Shown here piece by piece: positions 15,558 through 24,665 of a stretch of DNA of 24,777 bases. Origin of the DNA: a virus (taxonomy: Duplodnaviria > Caudoviricetes); IMG/VR virus record IMGVR_UViG_3300020044_003764, positions 1-24,777 of that record; one strand, 5' to 3'. Made by a program: the position numbers and the translations under genes. The first letter of the stretch is position 1. Every line of letters starts with the position of its first letter. The notes beneath the pieces were generated by a model. That model did not search any database, was not told where the DNA came from, and saw only the letters and a list, made by a program, of their open reading frames with translations.

Positions 15558-16052
15558 TTATTTGGTCGGTACAGCAGGATTATACGGAAGAGGGATCTTT
15601 CCGCTAGGGTGACAAACAAAGTCAGAATAGTATTCATTGACAATTGCGTAAAACAGAATCTTGTCCTTTTTGTCTTGCTTGATCAACTCCCAAGGTCGGT
15701 TGTTAAACCACTTAGAACTGATCTCGTGAGCAAAGCATTTAGGCAGTTGCATCATGTGTGCAGTGCCAGCAAAAAAAGGATTTTCAGTGCCGTGAATCTT
15801 GTAGAACTCACGTTGCTGTTTACAAAACTCTTTGACACCCTCTACGTTTTTTTGTTCGTATTGGACGTATCTGTTTCCGTCAATAGCGCCAACCTTGTAA
15901 TCAATGTTGTCGGTTTTGAAGGTTTGGGACCAAGTGCCAGACTTGACCTCGTTGAACAGCTTGTCGTTTTGACGGAATACACCATCAATACCAGCCTCAA
16001 GAATACCCTTTGAATAGTATTCTTCGTTGATCTTTACATCTTCATCAGTCAT
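15558..16052 (-). CDS. Hypothetical virion-module protein (start revised to ATG 16052)
   Basis: GGAG SD; lies between capsid and adaptor genes. Confidence 0.75.
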   Translation of the reverse strand: MTDEDVKINEEYYSKGILEAGIDGVFRQNDKLFNEVKSGTWSQTFKTDNIDYKVGAIDGNRYVQYEQKNVEGVKEFCKQQREFYKIHGTENPFFAGTAHMMQLPKCFAHEISSKWFNNRPWELIKQDKKDKILFYAIVNEYYSDFVCHPSGKIPLPYNPAVPTK

Positions 16053-16072
16053 TGCTTTCTCCATGCTTTACC

Positions 16073-16119
16073 AAAGGAACCCCTTGCGGAGTCCCTTCAG
16101 AAAAGCCCCGGAGGGCTTT
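16073..16119 (-). terminator. Tandem hairpins after the major capsid gene (probable leaky terminator/stabiliser)
   Basis: AAAGCCC-TCCG-GGGCTTTT, then GAAGGGACTCC-GCAA-GGGGTTCCTTT. Confidence 0.7.
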
Positions 16120-16121
16120 AA

Positions 16122-17279
16122 TTAGGCCAGGTAACGCTGGACTTGTGTGGAAGGACGGGGAGCCGTCACAGCCGCACCAGTTGGGCTGATGTTAGCCAAC
16201 ACAGCAACACCTGCTGGGTTACGAACAATCAGTGTACCTTCCATGATGTACTGGTCCAAGGAAGCGTCAGCAGAACTGAACACTTCGTTGTTTGGACCCA
16301 GTTCACGCAAGCTACCCCACTGGATAACGTCAGGGTTCAGGAACAGGGCAGATGTGTTGTCTGCGCCAGTTTGGTCCATAACCCAAGAGTCATCGATCTG
16401 GTAGGTGTAGTTGAAGTCACCTTCGTAAGTACCAATCGTGTCACCCTTGTCAGCAGGGTTAAAACGGTTGATCGAACGGCTGGTAGGCATCATGTCCGAG
16501 ATGTGTGTACGCATGGAAGTGGGGACAACCATGTTCGTAATCTTGGCGTTGAAGCGCTGTTCAGCGGTGGTAACCAACTGCTTGTACAGGTAAGGGCTGA
16601 ACTGTTGCAGAGTCACACCAGACGAGAAGGTGAAGTAACCCAAGCCAGCGTTGCTCAACAAGCCGTTGAAAGGCTGGTTAGTTGCAGTGGCAGAAGTCAC
16701 ATCGTTACCATCGCTGGTAGCCAGGTTCAGCACAGAAGTGCCGTCTGTCTCGTTGCCGGAACGTGTGCCAGCGAACGAATACAGGGAACCGAAACGGCGA
16801 CCGTTGTTGGGGCTAGAGCCTTGAGTTGCAGCTTGGCCGCTGTACTTGATGGAAGCGCCGTCAGCACGAACCATCTGGAGTTCAACGTCAAACATGATCT
16901 CAGTCAATTGCTTGACTTCTTGATAGGCTTGTGGATCGCCACCAGCTTGCTCAACAGCACGGGCAGTACCTGTAGCACCAATGACGGTGGTAAAGATCTG
17001 TGTGTAGTTACCGCAGTTAGCACGGGTGTTGTCAGCAGCTTGCGATGCGGACACAGCAGCGCCTTCCAGCTTGGCGTTCAAGGCTGGGGTGCGGTAGTAG
17101 TCAACAGGCCAGATGTGCAGAGTCGAGTTGACTTTGCGCTTCTTGGACATAGCCATGTTGGTCAGGGGGGTACGGTCTTTAACATAGTTAGAGACAGTCA
17201 TGTCGAGGTCTTTGACCACGATGTCGGTGGTATACGAGCCGTTGCCGTTACCGAGGTTTGCAGAGGTGATAGTAGACAT
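16122..17279 (-). CDS. Major capsid protein (DUF5309/SU10-like)
   Basis: DL...V....TP....M...K..ST.H.W..D; EG; NYTQIF......GT..AV; E.TL.VRNP; follows the scaffold gene. Confidence 0.88.
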   Translation of the reverse strand: MSTITSANLGNGNGSYTTDIVVKDLDMTVSNYVKDRTPLTNMAMSKKRKVNSTLHIWPVDYYRTPALNAKLEGAAVSASQAADNTRANCGNYTQIFTTVIGATGTARAVEQAGGDPQAYQEVKQLTEIMFDVELQMVRADGASIKYSGQAATQGSSPNNGRRFGSLYSFAGTRSGNETDGTSVLNLATSDGNDVTSATATNQPFNGLLSNAGLGYFTFSSGVTLQQFSPYLYKQLVTTAEQRFNAKITNMVVPTSMRTHISDMMPTSRSINRFNPADKGDTIGTYEGDFNYTYQIDDSWVMDQTGADNTSALFLNPDVIQWGSLRELGPNNEVFSSADASLDQYIMEGTLIVRNPAGVAVLANISPTGAAVTAPRPSTQVQRYLA

Positions 17280-17292
17280 TCAAAACTCCTGT

Positions 17293-18408
17293 TTAACGCT
17301 TGCGTTTATTTGCTGCAAGCATGGTTGCTAAAAGATCGCGTGCTGCATTCTTATCGCCGGATTTAGCTTGCTTTTGAAGTTTTTCCATCTCATTATCTGG
17401 AGCGGTTTTGGCCTTTGAAACGGGGCGACTAGCAGCAGCTAGAGAACCACCAGCATTCTTGACCTTTGGGCCTTCACGGAACTTCATACCGTCCCGAACC
17501 AACCCCAGCAGATATTCATCACTGGAAACCAAATCAATGTTTGGCACACCGGGGATAAACGAACTGCTTGCACCTTTCCAGTCTTTACTGAGCTTCTCTC
17601 GTAGTTCAGAAAAGACAGCCTTGTTGCTCAACTCTTTATCAGTAAACGACTGCCTGGCTTTTTCCAAGGTTTCTTGGACCAATGCAGAGCGATGCTGATA
17701 GAACTGGTCAACTTTAGGCCGATTCGTCCGAATAAACTGCGACTTCTCTTCGATTAACTGAGCGTTTTGACGCATTGCTGCTTCAGCACGGCTCCGTTCA
17801 GCGGGATCAGTCGTGTTTTGATAGATTTGCTGCCATTGCTGGTTATATTCTTGGATGGTAATCAGCTCATCAGCAGCAGTTTGCAACTGAGGAACGATTG
17901 TCAACTCCAAGCCTATTTGCAAACCATCAAGTTCACTCTTACGCTTCGATTCATATTCTTCAAAATCTGCTTTTTCAGCTTTAAGCTTACGAGCATTTTC
18001 ATGGATAGCACTACCTTGACCCAGAATAGAAGCTGCCTTCTCTGCCGTCAATTCAATAAAGCCGCCTTCTGCGTCCTTATTAGGAATCTTCAACATTACG
18101 TCAGGATTCTCTTTCGCAAACTCAAGGAAATCGACTGCTTCGTTTACTCCTTCGGAGGACTCGGCTTCAACTTCTGATTCTGCGGCATCCGACTCAACTG
18201 AACTGCCATCTTCAGGTTCGACCCCTTCAACAGGAGCCGCCTCAGGGGATTTGGCTTGCGCCTCATCTTGTCCTGCTGGTGGTGGAGAACTGCCATCGGG
18301 TTGCGGACTGTTACGCTTGTTAGCGGCAATCATTGCAGCGATAGCATCGGCGGGATTCGCCACACCAGTTTGCTCAGGGGCGGTCACTTGCGTGATTACG
18401 TCTGACAT
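17293..18408 (-). CDS. Capsid scaffolding protein
   Basis: Acidic disordered N-terminus, coiled-coil core, C-terminal KSGDKNAARDLL helix; directly before the capsid gene. Confidence 0.8.
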   Translation of the reverse strand: MSDVITQVTAPEQTGVANPADAIAAMIAANKRNSPQPDGSSPPPAGQDEAQAKSPEAAPVEGVEPEDGSSVESDAAESEVEAESSEGVNEAVDFLEFAKENPDVMLKIPNKDAEGGFIELTAEKAASILGQGSAIHENARKLKAEKADFEEYESKRKSELDGLQIGLELTIVPQLQTAADELITIQEYNQQWQQIYQNTTDPAERSRAEAAMRQNAQLIEEKSQFIRTNRPKVDQFYQHRSALVQETLEKARQSFTDKELSNKAVFSELREKLSKDWKGASSSFIPGVPNIDLVSSDEYLLGLVRDGMKFREGPKVKNAGGSLAAASRPVSKAKTAPDNEMEKLQKQAKSGDKNAARDLLATMLAANKRKR

Positions 18409-18424
18409 AGTTTACTCTCTTTGG

Positions 18425-18742
18425 TTAAGTGTTAGATTTCTGAGCCACTTTTCCAAGATATTCAGTTTTTTCAATAAAACCGATGAAATCTCGTACTCCA
18501 GCAACATTAAATGCGTTTTCAATACGCTCTGGATCAGTTCGGCAATCTTCCAAACGACCCAATAGATCAAACCTGTAAAGGTTGAACAGCAATGCAAAAT
18601 CCTCATTCTTGATGAGGCGAGAAGCGCACTCCCCATTCTCAATAGCTAAAGTTTTACGATGTACATCGGCCTCCTTATGTGAATCAGCGGCACGAGTCCG
18701 CCGATTAAAGTAGTTGCGAATATTCAATACCAAGCTTTTCAT
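18425..18742 (-). CDS. Small hypothetical protein between portal and scaffold
   Basis: AAGGA SD; operon position. Confidence 0.75.
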   Translation of the reverse strand: MKSLVLNIRNYFNRRTRAADSHKEADVHRKTLAIENGECASRLIKNEDFALLFNLYRFDLLGRLEDCRTDPERIENAFNVAGVRDFIGFIEKTEYLGKVAQKSNT

Positions 18743-18751
18743 TACAAATCC

Positions 18752-20914
18752 TTAATCAACTTGCACGGATGTAAGTTTACCCCGTTTAGCCGCCAAAGCC
18801 TCAAACATATTGTCTGTGTCAATATCTTCAGCCTTCTTCTGAGTGAACATTGTGTTGGCAATAGTCTCTTCAGTCTTTGCCTTGTTCAATTCAGTCTTGG
18901 ACTGAGTTTCTTGCTGTTCAGCACTCGGGCCTTTTGCTGCTTGAGCCTGAATCAGCTTGGCTGCTTCTTCCAATGTCGGCAAATAAGCATCAACGTCTTT
19001 CACACCCAGAACACGCAGGGTGTCTTCAAACGGACGGCGCAGTTTGCTGAACAATTCAGGAACGCTTGGGTCCAGAGACATCATGGCTTGGCTGAACTGC
19101 TGTTGAGCCTGACCAATCAACTGCTGGCGAGTCAAACGGTTCTCGTCAGACAAGAAGCCCAAGGCCAAATCGATGTTGATCAGCTTACGGTCAATGAATT
19201 CATAGTTCTCCATTGACAAGGCATCCATGAATGGAGCGCCTTTGCCGCAAACACCAGCCAACTGCTGAATGTTGTAGTCATCAGAGTACTGGATCAAGGT
19301 CTTCCAGACAATGTAGATCATGTCCCGCAAACCGATAGCGCAGTTCTTCACCATTTCATCTTGAATGAGCTGGTTTGGACCCATAGCCAGTTGCAGCTTA
19401 AAGCCCGAGTTGCCATCCTTCATCACTTCAGGATTCAGCACATCGTTAGGGCTTGTCATGCCAATCATTGCCATCTTGTCGGCTTCAAACCGTTGCATGG
19501 ACGACTGGACGTAAGCCAGGTTGCCTTGCATTGGTGAGAATTCGTAGATGTGCTTGGCAGGATCAAACTTACGGTCCAAGATGAACATGGCAGACACGCC
19601 ACGTTGGATCTCTTCAGCATCCATAAACTCAGGGTTCACGCCGATACGAGGAGTCGAGGACTGCATGGCAAAAGCCATCTCAGCACGGGCAATCGATGTG
19701 GCGTATTCCTGCATTGGCACAAGGCGCTCTGCAAGGGAGTAACCAAAGAAGTTGCCAGTGATGGGCTTGGGGCACATTGCGGCCAAAGGAATGAAGTCCA
19801 CTTCCTTGACGTACAAAACATACGAGCCAGAGAAGCAAACTTCAACGATTTCCTCTTCACCGTCACCGTCAACGTCTTTGCGAATCCATGCGGTGGTCAG
19901 CATAATGACTCGGCTGTAACGATCAGCGCCAGCAGAAGCAATTACGCCTTGACCGGGAACAGGAGTGGAATCACGAGCATGGAGAGCAAGATCATTCTCC
20001 AATGCACCTGCCTGATAAGCGCCAGCAGGACCGTAGGCAGCATGTTCAGCAAGTTTCTCAAGGTCAACATAAGGGTACTGAGCTTTGCACTCATGGATTG
20101 TCATTGGATCGTAGAAACCCAAGAAGTCCTGATCCTGAATGTTGGGGATTGTGGGATTGCACACAAAGTAGTGTTGGGCAACGTGCTTGATACGAACGGA
20201 TGTCGAGAAACCCGTCATCTTGTACTTGGCACGGTAGATGGTGTTGGCAGAAATAGAGCTTGCCATTTCATCTGGCGACTCATCAATGCCAGACTCGCTC
20301 TCAGCCATCTCTTGCATGACACCTTCAAGGTTTACGTCAATCTTACGCATGTTCTGGCGCTTGACTGTCAAACCTTTCTCACCAGCCATAGTCTCAAAGA
20401 CTCGCAACTGGTCCCGTGTGCCTTCAACTTCTTTGTACTGGGTAATAGGTTCACGCACTGGTGACACCATCACAATACCGTTCTTGTGCAGCAACGAATC
20501 TTGTGCCCAATCACGAATGACAGCATACGAGTCATTCTTTGAGTTGATCATGTACTTGACCATCTCAGTAGCTTGATTGGCTTGTGCGCTGTCTTGCTCA
20601 CTAAACCTCTCAAATTCAAAGTTGACCTTGCCGTTAGGCATCAGGCACTTGGTAATGATGGCAGTTGCGTAATCAACACCGGGGGTGACAACAGGGTGGA
20701 TGTAGTCAATGCCACGGATTGGCTCGGTGGAGTTGCTGACAGCAATGTTGAGGTAGTGGTAATCAGAAAGACGGTTGAATGTGTTCTTGGCTTGCGTCAA
20801 TCGCAAGTAATCCACCATCTTCAGATACACCTCATGGGCGACTTGGAAAACAATTCCTTTGTTGCCAGCAGGTGCTTCAATGTACTCAACGATTATGTTC
20901 TGTTTGTCCAGCAT
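18752..20914 (-). CDS. Portal protein (podovirus type)
   Basis: 720 aa directly after TerL; A.QATE.V.Y, DSLLHKNGIV, DVDGDGEEE, FFGYSLAE....Q; Q-rich helical C-terminus. Confidence 0.9.
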   Translation of the reverse strand: MLDKQNIIVEYIEAPAGNKGIVFQVAHEVYLKMVDYLRLTQAKNTFNRLSDYHYLNIAVSNSTEPIRGIDYIHPVVTPGVDYATAIITKCLMPNGKVNFEFERFSEQDSAQANQATEMVKYMINSKNDSYAVIRDWAQDSLLHKNGIVMVSPVREPITQYKEVEGTRDQLRVFETMAGEKGLTVKRQNMRKIDVNLEGVMQEMAESESGIDESPDEMASSISANTIYRAKYKMTGFSTSVRIKHVAQHYFVCNPTIPNIQDQDFLGFYDPMTIHECKAQYPYVDLEKLAEHAAYGPAGAYQAGALENDLALHARDSTPVPGQGVIASAGADRYSRVIMLTTAWIRKDVDGDGEEEIVEVCFSGSYVLYVKEVDFIPLAAMCPKPITGNFFGYSLAERLVPMQEYATSIARAEMAFAMQSSTPRIGVNPEFMDAEEIQRGVSAMFILDRKFDPAKHIYEFSPMQGNLAYVQSSMQRFEADKMAMIGMTSPNDVLNPEVMKDGNSGFKLQLAMGPNQLIQDEMVKNCAIGLRDMIYIVWKTLIQYSDDYNIQQLAGVCGKGAPFMDALSMENYEFIDRKLINIDLALGFLSDENRLTRQQLIGQAQQQFSQAMMSLDPSVPELFSKLRRPFEDTLRVLGVKDVDAYLPTLEEAAKLIQAQAAKGPSAEQQETQSKTELNKAKTEETIANTMFTQKKAEDIDTDNMFEALAAKRGKLTSVQVD

Positions 20915-20951
20915 GATTAAATCCTTTGCACCTTGCCATCAACGGGTGTTG
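20840..20951. repeat. Internal copy of a 112-bp exact inverted repeat (partner 24666-24777)
   Basis: Its reverse complement matches the last 112 nt of the window base for base. Confidence 0.95.
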
Positions 20952-21606
20952 GTCGGCGATATTGGAAATTGTTGGTTCGACTGACCATCGATTCCCCGTG
21001 ACCTTGAATCAGCGCCAAGATGCCAATACGAGCAGAGTCAATGTGATCGTCTGGATCACTAAACCTGCCAGCGTCATCAATAGCGTAGTTTCTTGCCTCA
21101 TCAAGAAAATCGACACATGACTCATTGATCATCAATGTGCCACGCTCCATTCCCATCCGCATTATATTGATTCCATACGACTTATGGTTGGTTACCTTGC
21201 CTTGGTCGTTCACGGGGTTCAATATAGCACCTGGAATACAGTTTAGGCCATAGTTATCCTCAAACACCTCCCGAACCGACTGTTCTGTCAACGTATACCG
21301 ACCAGCTTGGGTGGCATCGTGTGGCAAAGCAATCGGAGTCCCCTTAGATTCCCTGTCCATCAGATAATGGACGTATTCATCAGGCGTTTCGCCTTGGGGA
21401 ATCTTAATCTGGCGGTGCAGGTAGATGATTTCTTCCACAGGATTGCGGAAAAAGAAGCTGATCACCGTTGGGTCATTGCGGATACCCAAGTCAAACGAAA
21501 TCAAGCGCTCAAGCTTAGGATCGTTCTTCAGATCAATGTCGGTAGCCTTGTATGTGGGCCAATTCAGGATTGGGAACACCACACCTTTGCCAACCAGCGG
21601 AATACC
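20917..21606 (-). CDS. terL: Terminase large subunit, C-terminal nuclease half (-1 frame relative to the ATPase half)
   Basis: GIPLVGKGVVFP linker, ISFDLG..NDPT, LPHDA and DDHIDSARIG RNase H-like motifs. Confidence 0.85.
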   Translation of the reverse strand, partial: GIPLVGKGVVFPILNWPTYKATDIDLKNDPKLERLISFDLGIRNDPTVISFFFRNPVEEIIYLHRQIKIPQGETPDEYVHYLMDRESKGTPIALPHDATQAGRYTLTEQSVREVFEDNYGLNCIPGAILNPVNDQGKVTNHKSYGINIMRMGMERGTLMINESCVDFLDEARNYAIDDAGRFSDPDDHIDSARIGILALIQGHGESMVSRTNNFQYRRPTPVDGKVQRI

Positions 21607-22508
21607 TTGATACGGCACTCTCGCTCCCAAGGCATAAAGTCTCGGGACAACTGGTCACGTTCTTCTTGGCTGAAAAACTTCTCATCCCATTCATTCTCAA
21701 ACGGGATGTCGTCCCAAGTCACTCGGACATGGGTGTAGCCGTCAATCTTGTCCCAGAACTTACGGACAAGTCCTGACATACCTTTGAGGGGCGTGAATGA
21801 ACACATGACCTGTCCATTACGCTGTGCGGTACGGACAACAAGTTCCGAGAACACTTCGTCTGGGGGCTGTTCGTCCAAGACAACAAGGTCAAGCTCAAAA
21901 CCCTGCAAGTGACGCACTTGTTGGGTGTAGTTTGAGAAATACAGTTTTGATTTACCACCTGAGCTATGCCAAACTTCAATAGACAGGACGTTGGCCCCAT
22001 CAGTTCGGTATGACTTCTCGTCAATACACTCAAGCGGGATAGAGCCTGTTCCTAATTTGTACGATTGCTTGATGTCATCACATCCAAGCAGCTTGCTTTG
22101 CAGTGTCTTGGCTACCTGCTCCCAGGATTCACCAGCACACATGGCAATGATGGGCTTGTCCCATCTCTTGCCTTTCCAGTTCTTTGGATACCTGCCTGTC
22201 AGGTGGTAGGCAGTCTCGTAGGTCGAGGCGATTGTCTTACCTGCTCGGTTGGCAGCAATCATCCCCCTACGTGCAAAGTGAGCGCCAGTCTCAAAGAACT
22301 CAGTCTGATACTTGAATGGCCGAAACCACTTCAACGTATTGAACTGCATGTCTTTGGCTACAACATCCCTTGCAGCTTTCATCTTGCGGAGTTGGTCAGC
22401 ATCAAGGTGCTTAACAGCAGCCTTTCCACCAGCCAACTTCACGAGATGCTTTAGTGCCCGATCCTTGTAGATGGGCAGTATGTAATCACTGGCTTCACTT
22501 TTTGCCAT
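21564..22508 (-). CDS. terL: Terminase large subunit, N-terminal ATPase half
   Basis: Walker A AANRAGKT, Walker B LVVLDE, coupling motif SFTP; frame breaks near 21605-21608. Confidence 0.9.
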   Translation of the reverse strand: MAKSEASDYILPIYKDRALKHLVKLAGGKAAVKHLDADQLRKMKAARDVVAKDMQFNTLKWFRPFKYQTEFFETGAHFARRGMIAANRAGKTIASTYETAYHLTGRYPKNWKGKRWDKPIIAMCAGESWEQVAKTLQSKLLGCDDIKQSYKLGTGSIPLECIDEKSYRTDGANVLSIEVWHSSGGKSKLYFSNYTQQVRHLQGFELDLVVLDEQPPDEVFSELVVRTAQRNGQVMCSFTPLKGMSGLVRKFWDKIDGYTHVRVTWDDIPFENEWDEKFFSQEERDQLSRDFMPWERECRIKVFRWLAKVWCSQS

Positions 22509-22683
22509 ATGCGTCACGCATGGTCAACAAGAGGTCAGCAGCAGAAGCAAGGTAGTAGACATCTTCAGGATGCAATGTTCGATCCCCTTGGAGATCCTTT
22601 TGCAACCACTCTAATGTTTTCCTTGCACAAGCCTCTGCTTGAGCCGACAACTTCTGACGGAAGATTGTTGTGTGATCTTCCAT
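22495..22683 (-). CDS. Hypothetical protein (start revised to ATG 22683)
   Basis: TGATG coupling to the upstream ORF; overlaps the terL start. Confidence 0.7.
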   Translation of the reverse strand: MEDHTTIFRQKLSAQAEACARKTLEWLQKDLQGDRTLHPEDVYYLASAADLLLTMRDAYGKK

Positions 22684-23324
22684 CACGCCCACGGGTTAGT
22701 GACGTTCTTCTCAGCAATGTTCATCAGGTTACGGTCAATCAAAGTCCAGATGCCGCCACCCTTTTCGCCAACGCAGAACGCATACAAGCCACGACCCTTT
22801 TCGGTGAAAGTGCCATCAGCTCGGCGCAGCATGATTTCCTCTGTGCGAGGGTCAAGCCACGAATACTTCTCAGGCTGCTTTTGACCAAACTTGTTGACTC
22901 GTTCGCCAACAGCAATCTGCTCAATAGGACCAGTCACTTGGAAAGTGATCACGCCGTTGTCGTACTTGCGGAAGTTGATTTGCACCTTGCGATCAGACTG
23001 AGGGTCTGTCGGGTGGGGCATGTTTGTCGCACCAAAGAAGTGGACCTGCGAACCAGTGTCAGGAAGATCTGCTGGGCGAGGAGGAAGAGTCTTCTTCTCG
23101 TCAACAGGGATCAACTCCTTACGGTCAATGTAGGGGTTCAGGTCTGTCTGGAAATCAGCAGGAACCTTCTTGCCCTCAAGAGCGTTACGAGCGACCATGT
23201 ACTGGTCTTCCTTTGGCTTGCCTACCAAGTCCAAAGACATGCCCGTTTTGTCATAGACAAACTGAGCAAGATCCTTGGCTGTTGGGAGGTCGGCTTTCAG
23301 TGCTTCAATATCATACGATGCCAT
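22683..23324 (-). CDS. Hypothetical protein, 213 aa
   Basis: AAAGG SD; long ORF in operon orientation. Confidence 0.85.
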   Translation of the reverse strand: MASYDIEALKADLPTAKDLAQFVYDKTGMSLDLVGKPKEDQYMVARNALEGKKVPADFQTDLNPYIDRKELIPVDEKKTLPPRPADLPDTGSQVHFFGATNMPHPTDPQSDRKVQINFRKYDNGVITFQVTGPIEQIAVGERVNKFGQKQPEKYSWLDPRTEEIMLRRADGTFTEKGRGLYAFCVGEKGGGIWTLIDRNLMNIAEKNVTNPWA

Positions 23325-23333
23325 GCTATACCT

Positions 23334-23564
23334 TTAGACTTTGGTTGGGAGTTTAGGAGTGGTGAACTTCTTAGCTGCCGCCACGTTGATGTTATTCAGG
23401 TGGTTGTCAGAAAGAGGGTTCTGGTTGAAGGCCTTGCCAACAGCAGTAGCCAGAGTCTGACCACGCTTATGACCGTCTTCAAAGCCTTTGAGCTTGTTGT
23501 TGATGCCTTTGGTCAAACCATTGGTCATCGCTTTGCCGCCAGAGATTACTTTACCGTAGGACAT
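23334..23564 (-). CDS. Small basic hypothetical protein, 76 aa
   Basis: K/G/N-rich; tight operon spacing. Confidence 0.7.
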   Translation of the reverse strand: MSYGKVISGGKAMTNGLTKGINNKLKGFEDGHKRGQTLATAVGKAFNQNPLSDNHLNNINVAAAKKFTTPKLPTKV

Positions 23565-23567
23565 GAT

Positions 23568-23834
23568 TTACCCCAGATAGTTTTTGGTTGATTTGTTCAT
23601 GTAGCCATCATTGACAGGAGTCTTGTCATAGCACTTAGGAGCGCTGACAGACACTTTGTTGCCAATAGGGAAAGCATTCCCAGCAGCTTTAGGAGCGCCT
23701 TGCTGACCAGTGGGACCAGACACGCCATGCTTGGGGCCAGTCACATTGGTTGCACCACCAGATTTACTGGGAGTGTGCTTGGACATGTTGCCAGTGCGGT
23801 TAGGCGATTGGGCATACAGGAAGTTTGTAGACAT
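23568..23834 (-). CDS. Small basic low-complexity hypothetical protein, 88 aa
   Basis: GAAAGG SD; G/K/S/P-rich. Confidence 0.7.
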   Translation of the reverse strand: MSTNFLYAQSPNRTGNMSKHTPSKSGGATNVTGPKHGVSGPTGQQGAPKAAGNAFPIGNKVSVSAPKCYDKTPVNDGYMNKSTKNYLG

Positions 23835-23863
23835 ACTAACCTTTCATGAAAGTATCAGGATTA

Positions 23864-24355
23864 TCACACTTTACGCAGAGCCGTCAAGAAGTCATCAAGG
23901 GCATCATCCGCAGACACTTCTTCCTCTTTGTTCACATTGTTCACATGCTCAATAGAGATGATAGGCGCTCTAGACGATTCAAACGGGGCCAGCTTATCAG
24001 CAATCCTGGCCTTGTCCTTGATGTCAATCTCATCAGACTGCATAGCATCAATCAAGACCTCCATAGCCGTTTTCAATGGAGCCAGACCCTTAGCCATTCG
24101 CTCATCATTTAGCTTGTTGAACAAAGCACCGTACTCAGTAACCCTGTTCACAATGGATTTTGGTCTGCCAGCAGGATGTGGGCTTACACCCTCTTTGGGA
24201 AACTTTTCACCAGTAGCCAAACCAAGCGCTTTTTTTTGAGCTTTCTTGGCTTTGTAAAAATCTCTAGCTCTTTGCTTTTCTTCTTCAGTACTTACTTCAG
24301 AGCCTTCTGGCCGAATCTCGCCAAATAAAACATCAGCATCTTTGGGGATTTTCAT
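23864..24355 (-). CDS. Probable terminase small subunit
   Basis: KFPKEGVSPHPAGRPKS motif, helical core (AMEVLIDAM...ARIADKLAPF), acidic tail; upstream of terL. Confidence 0.6.
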   Translation of the reverse strand: MKIPKDADVLFGEIRPEGSEVSTEEEKQRARDFYKAKKAQKKALGLATGEKFPKEGVSPHPAGRPKSIVNRVTEYGALFNKLNDERMAKGLAPLKTAMEVLIDAMQSDEIDIKDKARIADKLAPFESSRAPIISIEHVNNVNKEEEVSADDALDDFLTALRKV

Positions 24356-24665
24356 TTAAGACCTTTCATTCCGTCTTCTGTCCGAATCCAGGCGTAACTG
24401 CCATTTGTTTTAAATCCACGTTTCTGGTGAATTCTCATAAACCCATCATGTTCTGTTCTGATACTTGTCGAACAAATAACAGGAATACCCCAGCCATGTG
24501 CCCACAATATATGTTGGTCAATCATCTCGTTAATCAACCGAACTCTTTGTTTGGCAGGAAGAGATAAATCAACATGGTGAAACTTGGCATTACTGATCTC
24601 CTCATTGGCATACGTTGTATACCCACCACGGTCAAACCAGCAATAACCCAATAAGGCATCGTCAA
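24352..24665 (-). CDS. GNAT-like acetyltransferase-fold protein, 5'-truncated by the inverted segment
   Basis: LLGYCWF...LINEMI...WAHGWGIPVICSTS...FMRIHQKRGF resembles GNAT motifs A/B. The ORF-track start (MPSTG) lies inside the inverted copy. Confidence 0.55.

Noticed and set aside
16143-17366. 407-aa plus-strand ORF
   Set aside because: Codon-aligned antisense shadow of the major capsid gene with no recognisable motifs.
19550-20464. 304-aa plus-strand ORF
   Set aside because: Antisense to the portal gene; no independent evidence.
22509-23591. 360-aa plus-strand ORF spanning several genes
   Set aside because: It is in codon register with the minus-strand ORFs ending at 22683, 23334 and 23568, so it is explained as an antisense shadow.
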